From Candidatus Woesebacteria bacterium RIFCSPHIGHO2_02_FULL_42_20 (GTDB taxonomy: Bacteria > Patescibacteriota > Microgenomatia > UBA8517): DNA of 64,000 nt. How positions within the stretch are numbered: the first letter of the stretch is position 1; each line of letters opens with the position of its first letter. The notes under the pieces are model-generated. The model was not told where the DNA came from and did not search any database. It saw only the letters and a list, made by a program, of their open reading frames with translations. Position numbers and translations under genes: made by a program. Location: positions 11,016-75,015 of the forward strand of contig MGGS01000008.1 of assembly GCA_001792535.1 (NCBI GenBank). Reading direction: 5' to 3'. Shown here piece by piece: positions 39,310-48,706 of this stretch.

Positions 39310-40232
39310 GAATTGCTTTTTCAAATAACACGGACACGGATCCTTTTATCCGGTTGGGCAAAAAAAGGTCTGTTTATGAAGATCTTATAATGAAATGTGT
39401 TGTAAAGAGCCTTAGTTGTGTTGTGGTTACAACAAGGACCTATAAAGGAAACGCACTTTTCAAAGGGTTTTGGGAATTTATAGGAGAAGGGCATTTGAAA
39501 TTCCGGGATAAGCTAATCAAATTAGACTTAGTTTATGACAGGTCGGCAAGCAAGTTTTTTCCCGCCAAATCTGATACGCTCCGGGTTGTGGACAATTACG
39601 ACTTCAAAAGATTGTCGTGCGACAAATGGCTGGTATACAAAGAAATAGGCGAGTATATGCCGAAAACTTATTGGATTGGTAGACAAATTAATCTCATGAA
39701 AGTATTGCCTGAAGTAAGAACCGATTTTATAGTTTTAAAACCTAATAACGGGTTGAAGGGTCTTGGAATATTTATCGGATCCAAAGTAGATTCGTTGAAA
39801 TTTGATTTTTTAGAAAAGAGACCTCTTTATATTGCTCAAGAATTTGTAGACACCAAGAAGGGTATTGAAGGGATTGTCAGCGGTTTTCATGATTTGCGGA
39901 TGGTTGTAATTAATCAAAAAATCGTCTGGTCCCATGTCCGGACCCCCTCTCAAGGAAATTTGAAAGCTAATGTAGCCCAAGGAGGCAGAATAATGGAAGT
40001 GGATACAGAAATCCTTCCGGAAAAGATTAAACAAGTTACTCAAAAAATTGCAAAAGAGCTGTATACGAGATATGATAACCCATTATTCAGCGTAGATTTC
40101 GGGGTGGACGCAAATGGTAAGGCCTTTGTTTTTGAAATTAACGACCAAGTCGGTTTCCCAAAGCCTGGTATGAGAGCTAAAGATTTATTTTTGGATGAAA
40201 TGATTGTGAATTTTAAATCTAAAATAAAATGA
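39297..40232 (+). CDS. ATP-grasp ligase (divergent RimK/YheCD-like)
   Basis: DLVYDR, DKW, VLKPNNGLKGLGI, IAQEFV, HDLRMVV, KANVAQGG, FEIND. Confidence 0.85.
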   Translation: MSKIGIAFSNNTDTDPFIRLGKKRSVYEDLIMKCVVKSLSCVVVTTRTYKGNALFKGFWEFIGEGHLKFRDKLIKLDLVYDRSASKFFPAKSDTLRVVDNYDFKRLSCDKWLVYKEIGEYMPKTYWIGRQINLMKVLPEVRTDFIVLKPNNGLKGLGIFIGSKVDSLKFDFLEKRPLYIAQEFVDTKKGIEGIVSGFHDLRMVVINQKIVWSHVRTPSQGNLKANVAQGGRIMEVDTEILPEKIKQVTQKIAKELYTRYDNPLFSVDFGVDANGKAFVFEINDQVGFPKPGMRAKDLFLDEMIVNFKSKIK

Positions 40233-41125
40233 AAATCATTGATTTTATAGTATTTACAGGTGGTCCAAGAGCATATGCCCCAAACAGGCTCAGGAAAGAA
40301 GCTAAAAAAAATAACATAATTTTTCGTGCTTATCTTTATAAATATTTAAACATCAAACTAAATGGAGCTCCCCAAAACTATATTTTTTCGTATAAGGGCA
40401 GAGAACTTCCTCCAGCCAAGGGTGTCTTTTTGCGTGCCCTGGGGGAAATGGCGGAGTATAATCCTTATAAATATTTCCTAATAGATTGGTTCGAATCAAA
40501 AAGTGCAAAGGTGATTAATTCGGCATCTTTTAAAAAGTGGCCGTCGTTAGATAAAACATCACAACATTTGGTGTATTTAAAAAACGATATTCCTTTCATT
40601 AATTCAGCTGTCTTCGGCTCCCAGGAATCTGCCACTGCGTGGGCAAACCCAAGTAGGTTTCCGTTTATTGTTAAAAGTAATGTTGGAAGTTGCGGCACCG
40701 AAGTTTATAAAATAAAAAGCAGACGCGCCTTGAAAAGGCTACTAAAACCTTTCAATAAAAGGACAGTCAAGGGATTGCTTTTTCAGGAATTTTTGCCCGG
40801 TGGTGAAGACCTTAGAGTAATTGTATTAAATGGCAAGGTACTTGGTGCAATGAAAAGAATTGCGAGTAAAGGCAACTACCTGACTAACTATTCGCGGGGC
40901 GGAAGCGTTGAAAATTATGATTTAACAGGGGATGCTAGCGCTTCGAAAATTGCACTAAAAGTAACCGATACATTTTCTCTGGATTATTGTGGGGTGGATT
41001 TGATGAGGGGAAAAGACGGGGGCTGGAAAGTTTTGGAAGTTAATAGGGCTTGTCAGTTTGAAGGTTTTGAAAAAGCAACCGGAGTGAATGTGGCAAAGAA
41101 AGTTTTGGAATTTGCCGTCGGTTAA
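40229..41125 (+). CDS. RimK-like ATP-grasp ligase
   Basis: FPFIVK..GSCGTEV, LFQEFL, EDLRVIVL, TNYSRGG, YCGVDLM, LEVNRACQFEGFEKATGVNVA. Confidence 0.9.
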   Translation: MKIIDFIVFTGGPRAYAPNRLRKEAKKNNIIFRAYLYKYLNIKLNGAPQNYIFSYKGRELPPAKGVFLRALGEMAEYNPYKYFLIDWFESKSAKVINSASFKKWPSLDKTSQHLVYLKNDIPFINSAVFGSQESATAWANPSRFPFIVKSNVGSCGTEVYKIKSRRALKRLLKPFNKRTVKGLLFQEFLPGGEDLRVIVLNGKVLGAMKRIASKGNYLTNYSRGGSVENYDLTGDASASKIALKVTDTFSLDYCGVDLMRGKDGGWKVLEVNRACQFEGFEKATGVNVAKKVLEFAVG

Positions 41126-41367
41126 TAATCTTCTTGGATAAAAAATCCGCCCCGTAATTAGCTAGTAGTAGTTGAATTCAATTGTTTCACTTAAAGCTGC
41201 AAGAACAAGCTCGTGCTTGAAGGACGCAACCGATTTATTATTGAGTCTAGCTTTTCTATACAGTTCTTGGAGATCTTCTTCTGGAAAAATTTCAGTAGCC
41301 GTCTTATCTGGAAGGGAATTGATGTAACTATCGCCGACATGTATCAAACCTCGCCGGTATAATTCAG

Positions 41368-41397
41368 GGACTTGAGTGCATCGATGCACTCAAGTCC
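41368..41397. repeat. Perfect 30-bp palindrome without spacer
   Basis: GGACTTGAGTGCATC|GATGCACTCAAGTCC. Confidence 0.95.
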
Positions 41398-41567
41398 GAA
41401 GCCCAACGACCAGGATTATTTTCTATTCAGGAGATGTTACCCGGATGGAAAGTGGCCGGACCGTTCAGGATATCGCACTCAGAAAGGGCGTGATGGCCGT
41501 GCTACAAAAGGGCAGGGGTCTTGGAGTCCTGATCAATATTGTTAAGCAGGCCTTAGGCCTGCTGTAG
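41376..41567 (+). pseudogene. Possible C-terminal half of a response-regulator receiver domain
   Basis: SPTTRIIFYSG..ALRKGVMAVLQKG..LINIVKQAL matches the beta4-alpha5 receiver pattern; N-terminal half absent. Confidence 0.4.
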
Positions 41568-41589
41568 TTTCTCTTTCTTGTCCCAACCC

Positions 41590-41638
41590 GTCAGGGGTTA
41601 TATTTAGAAGTGTCTTTCTATATTATTTAACCCCTGAC
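41590..41638 (-). terminator. Hairpin immediately downstream of rplL
   Basis: GTCAGGGGTTA...TAACCCCTGAC 11-bp arms; no strong U-tract. Confidence 0.5.
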
Positions 41639-41643
41639 AATTT

Positions 41644-42093
41644 TTACTTCAGCTCGACTGTGGCACCTGCCGCTTTAAGCTTATCCGCAGCGGATTTCGC
41701 ATCCTCGGCCTTAGCGTCTTTCAAAATTTCTACCGGAACCTGTTCCGTCATGTCTTTAGCCTCTTTAAGACCCCAGTTCTGATTGACTTCCCGGAGTGCT
41801 TTAATAACCGCGATTTTATTGGCTCCTGCAGCTGTCATGACAACAGTCTGATTTGCACCCGCGGCGGACTCAGGTGCGCTAGGGGTTTCACCCGCTGCCG
41901 CGCCTTGCCCCGCTGGTGCCGCGACAGCGGCAACTTGTGGGGTCACTCCCAATTTATCCTGGAGAGCCTCGACTAATTCGGACAATTCCAAAACAGTAAG
42001 TTTGCTTACTTCGTCTACCAGTTTTTCGACTTTGCTTGATAGTTTTTTAGATCCTGCATGCGCAGGCATGTCTTTCTTTGGTTCGTCTGCCAT
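41644..42093 (-). CDS. rplL: 50S ribosomal protein L7/L12
   Basis: LTVLELSELVEAL, NKIAVIKALRE..GLKEAKD, LKAAGATVELK. Confidence 0.95.
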   Translation of the reverse strand: MADEPKKDMPAHAGSKKLSSKVEKLVDEVSKLTVLELSELVEALQDKLGVTPQVAAVAAPAGQGAAAGETPSAPESAAGANQTVVMTAAGANKIAVIKALREVNQNWGLKEAKDMTEQVPVEILKDAKAEDAKSAADKLKAAGATVELK

Positions 42094-42098
42094 AGATT

Positions 42099-42638
42099 TC
42101 ACCCCCTTTTACCGGCTTCACTTAATACAAAAATTAGCTTTTGCATATTTGCATTTAACACACTTACTAATCCGTATTCTGGTGCCATCAAGTTTCCAAG
42201 CACCTGGCCTAATAAGACATCTTTTCCCGGAAGAGTTGAAATTTTAACCAAACTTTCGCTGTCTTGGAATTTTCCCTCAATCACTCCGACTTTAAACTTC
42301 GGAAGCGGTTCGCCGGTTACACTGACGGATTCCTTAGCGAATTTACCCAATATCTGGATAGGGGAGACCGGGTCGGTGCCCGACGTGATAACTGCTGTCT
42401 GGCCGGTCAAAACTGTGTCTGCTAAAGTCTCTTTTGGAAGTTTGGCATCCTCTGCAGCCAATTTAAACAAAGTATTTTTGACAACAAGCATTTTGGAGTT
42501 GCTTTCTTTAAACCTTTTTTTAAGGTCCTGCTGGGCCTTGACGGTCAGCCCCGAAAAGTCAACCAACACGACCGACTTAGCGTTTGCTAATTCATCGCTT
42601 AATTTCTTGACAAAAACCGGTTTGTCTTTCTTGTTCAT
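42099..42638 (-). CDS. rplJ: 50S ribosomal protein L10
   Basis: VVLVDFSGLTV, VVKNTLFKLA, LPGKDVLLGQVLG. Confidence 0.95.
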   Translation of the reverse strand: MNKKDKPVFVKKLSDELANAKSVVLVDFSGLTVKAQQDLKKRFKESNSKMLVVKNTLFKLAAEDAKLPKETLADTVLTGQTAVITSGTDPVSPIQILGKFAKESVSVTGEPLPKFKVGVIEGKFQDSESLVKISTLPGKDVLLGQVLGNLMAPEYGLVSVLNANMQKLIFVLSEAGKRG

Positions 42639-42639
42639 A

Positions 42640-42720
42640 AAAAACCAAAAAACGCGCTTCGAGGCGCGTAAAAATATCTGCCTCGGCAAGACTTATTTTT
42701 ATGCTTGCTGTCTTAGGACA
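42640..42720 (-). promoter_or_regulatory. Ribosomal protein L10 leader
   Basis: CTAAGACAGCAAG...CTTGCCGAGG core followed by an ACGCGC/GCGCGT stem and U-tract directly upstream of rplJ. Confidence 0.75.
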
Positions 42721-42758
42721 AAATGAATTATATAGTCAAATTAATGTGTAATCAAGAC

Positions 42759-43217
42759 ATGAAATTAACCGGGGAACAGAGGCAAAAATTTGACCGTTTC
42801 GTTCGCAAAATCTATCCGTGTGTAATTGCGGTTTATCTGCATGGCTCTCGGGTTAAAGGATATTCTATTTCAACAAGCGATACGGATGTTGCCGTTGTGG
42901 TTGATAAAAAGCATGACATTCTAAGGAGAGAGCTCGAAATGATGTCTGAAGTGGGAAGTAATTTACCATTTTCCAATTCCGACGTGAGAGTCGTGGACGA
43001 AAGTAGCTCAAAAATTTTTTTGCGGAGTATAATCAAAGACTCCAGCGTTCTATATAAAAGAAGTGAGTTAGACAGGATTCGCTTTGAAGTTGGGGCTATG
43101 AGCAAGTTTTACGACCAAGGGTACATACGCGAGATTTATAAGTATTTTTTATATAAACAGATTAAGGAGGATAAATATGATCGTGGACAAAGTGACCTTA
43201 ACCAGGCTCTTGGATAA
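42759..43217 (+). CDS. MNT (minimal nucleotidyltransferase) antitoxin, MntA-like
   Basis: VYLHGSRVKG..SDTDVAV (GSx10DxD). Confidence 0.87.
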   Translation: MKLTGEQRQKFDRFVRKIYPCVIAVYLHGSRVKGYSISTSDTDVAVVVDKKHDILRRELEMMSEVGSNLPFSNSDVRVVDESSSKIFLRSIIKDSSVLYKRSELDRIRFEVGAMSKFYDQGYIREIYKYFLYKQIKEDKYDRGQSDLNQALG

Positions 43218-43602
43218 ACTTAAGCATAAACTGGCCAAGCTCGAGACAATGGAATTTGGCCTGGATGAAATTCGAGAGGACGAAGATATACAGGGTTTGG
43301 TAGATAGAAGGCTGCAGGTTGCTATTGAATCTTGTATTGATATGGTGACCATGGTTATCGCTGCGCTTTCGCTTAAGCGGCAAGACGAAGCTGCAGATGT
43401 TTTTCGCGAATTAGCACGTGCTAATATTATCTCAAAGAAACTAAGCGAAAAATTAGTAGACGCTTGTGGTTTGCGTAACGTTTTGGTTCATGAATGCGTC
43501 GACGTCGATTACAATGTTGTCTACAAGACTAAAAATGAGGATTTAGATAATTTGCGAGAGTTTGCAAAAGCGGTATCAAAGCTACTCGAAAAGGATAAAT
43601 GA
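43177..43602 (+). CDS. HEPN/DUF86 RNase toxin, HepT-like
   Basis: RRLQVAIESCID, GLRNVLVHECVDVD (Rx4H). Confidence 0.88.
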   Translation: MIVDKVTLTRLLDKLKHKLAKLETMEFGLDEIREDEDIQGLVDRRLQVAIESCIDMVTMVIAALSLKRQDEAADVFRELARANIISKKLSEKLVDACGLRNVLVHECVDVDYNVVYKTKNEDLDNLREFAKAVSKLLEKDK

Positions 43603-43648
43603 AGGCTGGTCAGTTGCAAGGATGAAATATAAAGTATAGAATAACGAC

Positions 43649-44128
43649 ATGGTAGATATGGTTGGTGAAGCATTACCTCAGGTTGAGCAGGCACCCCGCG
43701 TTGGTTTGGCGGAAAGAGCTGTTGGATTGGGCGGACCAGTCGCGGACAGAGCTTCGAAGGTCTGGGATGCTGTTATAAAAGGTGGGAGAGCTGCATTAGA
43801 CGAATTAATTGAAGCACCTCTTAGAGCTAAAGTGGGGTTGTCAGTCGTGCTTGCTGAAACAACTAATCTTATTTTAGCTAAAGCCGCTTTTGCCGAAGGC
43901 CTAAGCGGACAGGTTTTAGAGCAAGCTAAAGATTTGGCTCAAATGCAGGACGCAGTGATATTGGCAGGTGCGTTGGTGGGCGGTTTGATAGGTGGTGGTA
44001 TTGGCTCGGTGGCAGGCAAAGGCAAGTCTGGTTTTGCATTAGGAGCCGTTGCAGGAGCGGGTTTAGCAGCTGCAGCACGCGATGGAATGCCGATTATTAT
44101 TGATACAGCTAAAAGGATGGGGGGATAA
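43649..44128 (+). CDS. Hypothetical Gly/Ala-rich membrane protein
   Basis: Glycine-zipper-like GALVGGLIGGGIG. Confidence 0.65.
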   Translation: MVDMVGEALPQVEQAPRVGLAERAVGLGGPVADRASKVWDAVIKGGRAALDELIEAPLRAKVGLSVVLAETTNLILAKAAFAEGLSGQVLEQAKDLAQMQDAVILAGALVGGLIGGGIGSVAGKGKSGFALGAVAGAGLAAAARDGMPIIIDTAKRMGG

Positions 44129-44133
44129 AGACT

Positions 44134-44442
44134 ATGAATAAAGTAGCCGATGTTGTTTCAAAATTTAGTTTCAAAAAGAAAGAGGCCGGTTATTCTCAAG
44201 AAGAAATAGATAAAACAATTTTTATTGCTGCCAACGTTACAATGGAGCGAGTAATCAATAGTTTGCAAGATCAAAAGAGCGGAATTACAGATAAGGTGAA
44301 AGACTTAGGTAAAAGCGTTTTGGGAGATCCTAAAAACGATGCAAAATGGCAGGAAGCGCAAGCTTTAGTTGTTAATGACAAAGGCGAAAGTCTTGAAACT
44401 GTAATTGCAGGCGAACTTGAGGATTTTTTGGGGAAGCTCTGA
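44134..44442 (+). CDS. Hypothetical protein
   Basis: Coupled to the upstream gene. Confidence 0.6.
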   Translation: MNKVADVVSKFSFKKKEAGYSQEEIDKTIFIAANVTMERVINSLQDQKSGITDKVKDLGKSVLGDPKNDAKWQEAQALVVNDKGESLETVIAGELEDFLGKL

Positions 44443-44445
44443 AGT

Positions 44446-45477
44446 TTACTTTCTAGTCAATCTTCCCACTATACTGGTTGGCTGAAGTCTTCGTTCAATA
44501 GTTTGCTTTGTTTCTAGTGGAATACCTAGCCTTTCTCGAACATCGGTTGGTAAGGGAACATCAAGCGTTCCAGCCGAAGGCTCCGTAGAAAACACAGTCC
44601 TTGATTGATACAGCTGACCTTCTTCTTTTGGGTCAATAACCGGCCTGAGTATAACTTGGCCATCCCATTTAGCCTTCTTGTCATTAGCATCACGCATGCT
44701 GACAGTTGTGGCCTCGTATACTTTCATATTGTCGGCGCCGTTTGGCCCTGTGCCGATTGCGACTACTGAACTAGCTTTGACATCATCTGTATTGAAAAAT
44801 ATTGGAACATCTCTACCGGTAAATTTACCTACCCCTTTAAATATTATTGGCGTGCCGTCTTTTGTTACAGCCTCCATGGTGAGGTTTTCTCTTCTGGCTT
44901 CTGGACTGATTACGTTTGCAGCACCTCTTGCTTCGGCATCTTCAGCGACTTGGCGTAAGCCAGGCGGCAGGGAAGCTTTTTGCGCTTCCCATTGGGCGTG
45001 AAGTTCAGCTTCTATTCTTTGTTGTTCAGTTCTGGCAGTCTTACCGGCCTGAAGTGAAGTGTTGACTGTTATTGCTCGACGAGCTGTGGCATGCCTTCTT
45101 GCGAAGTCTAGTACGCCTTTGTCGGTTGGTTCCACAGAAGCCCCAGCCGCAGCTTCCGTTCCGTAAGTTTGGATATTTTGGCTAAGGTTTTGTTCAAGCA
45201 TTTGTATTCGTTCTTCTTCTGTCACGTTTTGTGGAGTTCTCCAGCCCTTTACGTATTGAAGTCTTTGCGCCAGAGAACCACGTTCAGCCGCGGTTTTAGC
45301 TCGAAGAGCTGTTGGTGTTCCCTCATAAGCCATTCTCAATTTTGCGACGGGCTGCCTTAAAAAGACAATCTTTACAGGAGCTTCTACTAACGCCCCGCCG
45401 GGCTGTCTTATTTCTGTGGCAACCGGCACGGCAGCGTTGCCCCCTAGTTCCACTGGTGTTTCTCCGGGTCCGCTCAT
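44446..45477 (-). CDS. Hypothetical protein
   Basis: 343-aa ORF with ATGA overlap to the upstream gene. Confidence 0.7.
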   Translation of the reverse strand: MSGPGETPVELGGNAAVPVATEIRQPGGALVEAPVKIVFLRQPVAKLRMAYEGTPTALRAKTAAERGSLAQRLQYVKGWRTPQNVTEEERIQMLEQNLSQNIQTYGTEAAAGASVEPTDKGVLDFARRHATARRAITVNTSLQAGKTARTEQQRIEAELHAQWEAQKASLPPGLRQVAEDAEARGAANVISPEARRENLTMEAVTKDGTPIIFKGVGKFTGRDVPIFFNTDDVKASSVVAIGTGPNGADNMKVYEATTVSMRDANDKKAKWDGQVILRPVIDPKEEGQLYQSRTVFSTEPSAGTLDVPLPTDVRERLGIPLETKQTIERRLQPTSIVGRLTRK

Positions 45478-46016
45478 TGTTCTATAGATACCAAATTGGG
45501 TACGCTAGTCAAATTCACTAAGTCTTCGGGAATACCTATGGCCACCAGCTCAATTTCTTTTTCATTGGGGTTCTCAGTTGGTTTTAAATCAAAAGAAAAA
45601 GCAAGTGCTTGGCCTTCGGTGTCCTTTAGTTGTTCGAATGCGGTGTTAAGCTTAAGCTCAAAAGCTTCAACTCCCTGTTTGTCTAGCGGACTAGTTAGCA
45701 TCTCCAAGCCGGTTTTGAGAACTAAAAGCGCGCTATCGTAGTCGTCAGTCGCAAAGAAATATTCTTTGGTCAGCTCACTAAAAACAGCCTGGGCACCAGC
45801 TTTTGTTTGGGTTGCCAAATTTGGCTCGTAAAGAAGGTCACTTAATGTTCGTGCGCGTTCAATCGGATCAAAATTTGGGTGGGGGTTCTCAATTTTTCCC
45901 TGAAGTTGTTTGACCCTTTTTACGACTCGGCCAACAAACGGCTCGGCTTCCTTTTGATTAGCGCTTTCTATTCGATATACCTCTATTCCAAAGCTTTTAC
46001 GCATTTCAGGTGTCAT
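45474..46016 (-). CDS. Hypothetical protein
   Basis: 180-aa ORF. Confidence 0.65.
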   Translation of the reverse strand: MTPEMRKSFGIEVYRIESANQKEAEPFVGRVVKRVKQLQGKIENPHPNFDPIERARTLSDLLYEPNLATQTKAGAQAVFSELTKEYFFATDDYDSALLVLKTGLEMLTSPLDKQGVEAFELKLNTAFEQLKDTEGQALAFSFDLKPTENPNEKEIELVAIGIPEDLVNLTSVPNLVSIEQ

Positions 46017-46072
46017 ACAAGTTGAAAACTATTATATACTATAAATCGTAGGTCTATCTAGGAGGTGATTAT

Positions 46073-46279
46073 ATGATACATGGTCCAGAGGAAATAGAAG
46101 TTTTGTCTCCACTCGATGAATTTTTAGAGTCGTTGAGCGAGGAAGATGCAGCGGATGTCAATGAAGCCGTTTTAGGAGCCAGAGGGCGCGGTGTATCGGA
46201 TAAGGAGATATTTGCTGCCCTGACTGGGGAAGTTGAAGCTGGTAGATCTCCCGTAGGCGAGCCGGAACCAACCGCTTAG
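46073..46279 (+). CDS. Small acidic hypothetical protein
   Basis: Strong SD AGGAGGTGA before ATG. Confidence 0.65.
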   Translation: MIHGPEEIEVLSPLDEFLESLSEEDAADVNEAVLGARGRGVSDKEIFAALTGEVEAGRSPVGEPEPTA

Positions 46280-46479
46280 TTTAATTTCTCAAGTACTATT
46301 TTGTAGTCCGCGCTTAATATGTGATAGTTTATATCAATTGTCTTTCCCACAATACAATAACTTCAAGAGTTTTTGGGCCTAAAGGCTCTTATTGTGTCGG
46401 CTTGGCTGGAGGATATTGGGCTGCCTGTTGCTCTTCGGTTGCGGTCCCGTATAATCGCTCATGTAGTTTTTTAGCAGAA

Positions 46480-46676
46480 TTGAACTGCCAGTTGACGCGA
46501 GCTTAATAAGATTGCTGCATATAGCACGTCTTGGCCGTTTTTTCACCCGATTTGCGAATCAGGTCGACCTTGACGGAAGCGCGCTCGAGAGCATTAAACA
46601 CTTCATTCTTTTAGGTAGCTGTTTTGTAGTTGGCTCAGGCGCGCCCGAATTTTCAGTCATTGACGTATTTTAGCAG
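46480..46676 (-). pseudogene. Deleted paralogous copy of the gene and promoter at 50960-51262
   Basis: Shared blocks such as GCGAGCTTAATAAGATTGCTGCATA and TTTCACCCGATTTGCGAATCAGGTCGACCTTGACGGAAGCGCGCTCGAG, with two internal deletions. Confidence 0.85.
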
Positions 46677-46755
46677 ACTAAGTCTCTTGCAGAATTTTGG
46701 CACTTTCTACTTCAAGTAGTCTTGCAAAGTCAGTGAGTGAGTCATGATAAGACTC

Positions 46756-48276
46756 TTACTTTTTGTCAACTCTGCTAATCAAATCAGCCATAGATCGATC
46801 TTTGGCAGCCTTTAAGTATTCGATTTCTCTAGACCAAATATCTACACTGCAAACCGATACATCTTCATAACCAGATTCTTTAAGGATATTGCCAACTCTG
46901 TCTATTTGTTCATCACCATGAACAATTACTCTTCTAAGCGATCCATGAAGGGAAGTTGGTACGTATTTAACAACATTTTGTTGGTGTTTAAAAGTGGGCA
47001 TGTGTCTGTCGGCAATTTCTATGATCAGTGGGCGAGCTCGAATATTTTTTACTCTTTCCCCTGGGTTCATAGCATAAAGAACAAAATTATAAAGATCGTT
47101 TGGGTCGTCTTTGTGAAGACTTACAGATTGTAAATATGTACCTTTGGAGTAAGTGGCTTTTCTTGGTATAAGTCGGCCACTTTTTAATATTTTATCAAGT
47201 AGACCAAAAAAAGTAAGGTATCCTTCTTCAATTTCAGCGTGATCTAATTTTCTAAAAATTCCACCCCTACCAATATTATGCTGGTATCTTTTTAATCCAC
47301 CTTCAGCTTCTAGTAACTGCATTTGTAGGCTATCAGCGATTTGTTCATCGCCGTTTTCCCTCGCTAGTTCGACAGCGTGCTTAATAATATCCATATCTGA
47401 AGGTAAGATGGGTTCACCATCAGTAACTACCCCTTTTTGATAGCCTTGTTTCCTTAGCCTTAACACTGCAAGTTGAGTGGGTGTCATGTTGGCAATACTA
47501 TTAAGATCTGTATTTTCTAACCACTCTTGCTCTGATTTGTATTTCAAACATATTTCTGCAAGGTCTATTACGGATAAACCTCTTATGTCTGCTATCTGGC
47601 CTATCGAGTGTTGATTCTCAACTAAGCGTTCAGTTACACCGTCTTCTTCCAGTGCTGTGAAAACTCTGTTTAGCCTTTCTTTTGTTGTAGCAATTTGGTC
47701 CGGAGACATCTGTTGCGCCTGATCGTTGATCGTATCTATTCGTTTGGCTGTCTTAGTATCTATAAAATGCATGTTTATTTTTTGAGCGAACGCTCCACTT
47801 TCGTCATAGATATGGATACCAATATCTGGATGCCTTAAGTATCGGCTTAAGCCAAAAGCGTCTAATAAAGGGTTGGAATAATTTTGCTGTATTACTACAC
47901 CTTCAACTCGTGCAACTTGGCCTTCGGCGAGTACATCATTAGCAAAAAACGCCTCGATTCTATCTTGTGACTTTTCTGGCACAACTGCAATAAATGGGGC
48001 TATGCCTGCAATCCACTCTTCAATCTTTACTATGTTGCTTGGTGGGAGTTCTTGATTTTTATCAATTCTAGGTCTGTGGAATCTGGTGTAGATATTAGGA
48101 TTATTTGTAACAAAAACATGCTGCTCGTCATGAATGAAAGGTAAAAGCATTAACCTTTTAGTTTCAAGACCCAATCTCGAAAGGGCTTCATCTGCACCTA
48201 ACCTAGCTTCCTCTGGTATAATTTCAGCACTAACAGCATCCGTAAGTTCTGATACTTCTGTGTTTATCTCAACCAT
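46756..48276 (-). CDS. Hypothetical protein coupled to an MNT-HEPN pair
   Basis: 506-aa ORF whose start overlaps the HEPN stop. Confidence 0.75.
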   Translation of the reverse strand: MVEINTEVSELTDAVSAEIIPEEARLGADEALSRLGLETKRLMLLPFIHDEQHVFVTNNPNIYTRFHRPRIDKNQELPPSNIVKIEEWIAGIAPFIAVVPEKSQDRIEAFFANDVLAEGQVARVEGVVIQQNYSNPLLDAFGLSRYLRHPDIGIHIYDESGAFAQKINMHFIDTKTAKRIDTINDQAQQMSPDQIATTKERLNRVFTALEEDGVTERLVENQHSIGQIADIRGLSVIDLAEICLKYKSEQEWLENTDLNSIANMTPTQLAVLRLRKQGYQKGVVTDGEPILPSDMDIIKHAVELARENGDEQIADSLQMQLLEAEGGLKRYQHNIGRGGIFRKLDHAEIEEGYLTFFGLLDKILKSGRLIPRKATYSKGTYLQSVSLHKDDPNDLYNFVLYAMNPGERVKNIRARPLIIEIADRHMPTFKHQQNVVKYVPTSLHGSLRRVIVHGDEQIDRVGNILKESGYEDVSVCSVDIWSREIEYLKAAKDRSMADLISRVDKK

Positions 48277-48706
48277 GGCAACTAGTATATATTTTCTTAA
48301 GCACAGACTTTAGATACTTGGGGACTTGGGTTAAGGCCATTTCGATTGATTCATAAATTTTCTTGGGATCAATTTCATCATATTCGTGCGCGAGTGCGTT
48401 ACGTAGGCCACCAGATTTTGCCAGTTCATTTGCGAGTTTTTCTGATACTATTCCTCGCTTTCCAAGCTCAGTAAACGATTGTGTGTAGTTGTTAGGTACA
48501 AACCCACATCGCTCGCTTAAGAGGTGATAATTAATATCAATCATTTTTCCCACAATTCGCTCCAGAAGTCTTTCAATAATAAGTTGTGATGTGGCGCTTT
48601 TTAAGTACTGTTTGTAGCTCTTCGGCTGATTTTTTGCCAAAATGGCCAGGTCGACTTCGATTAGCTTTGCTTTTCTAGTAATGATTTGGATATCAACCGG
48701 CGACAT
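48269..48706 (-). CDS. HEPN/DUF86 RNase toxin, HepT-like
   Basis: IERLLERIVGKMIDINYHL, GGLRNALAHEYDEID. Confidence 0.9.
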   Translation of the reverse strand: MSPVDIQIITRKAKLIEVDLAILAKNQPKSYKQYLKSATSQLIIERLLERIVGKMIDINYHLLSERCGFVPNNYTQSFTELGKRGIVSEKLANELAKSGGLRNALAHEYDEIDPKKIYESIEMALTQVPKYLKSVLKKIYTSCHG

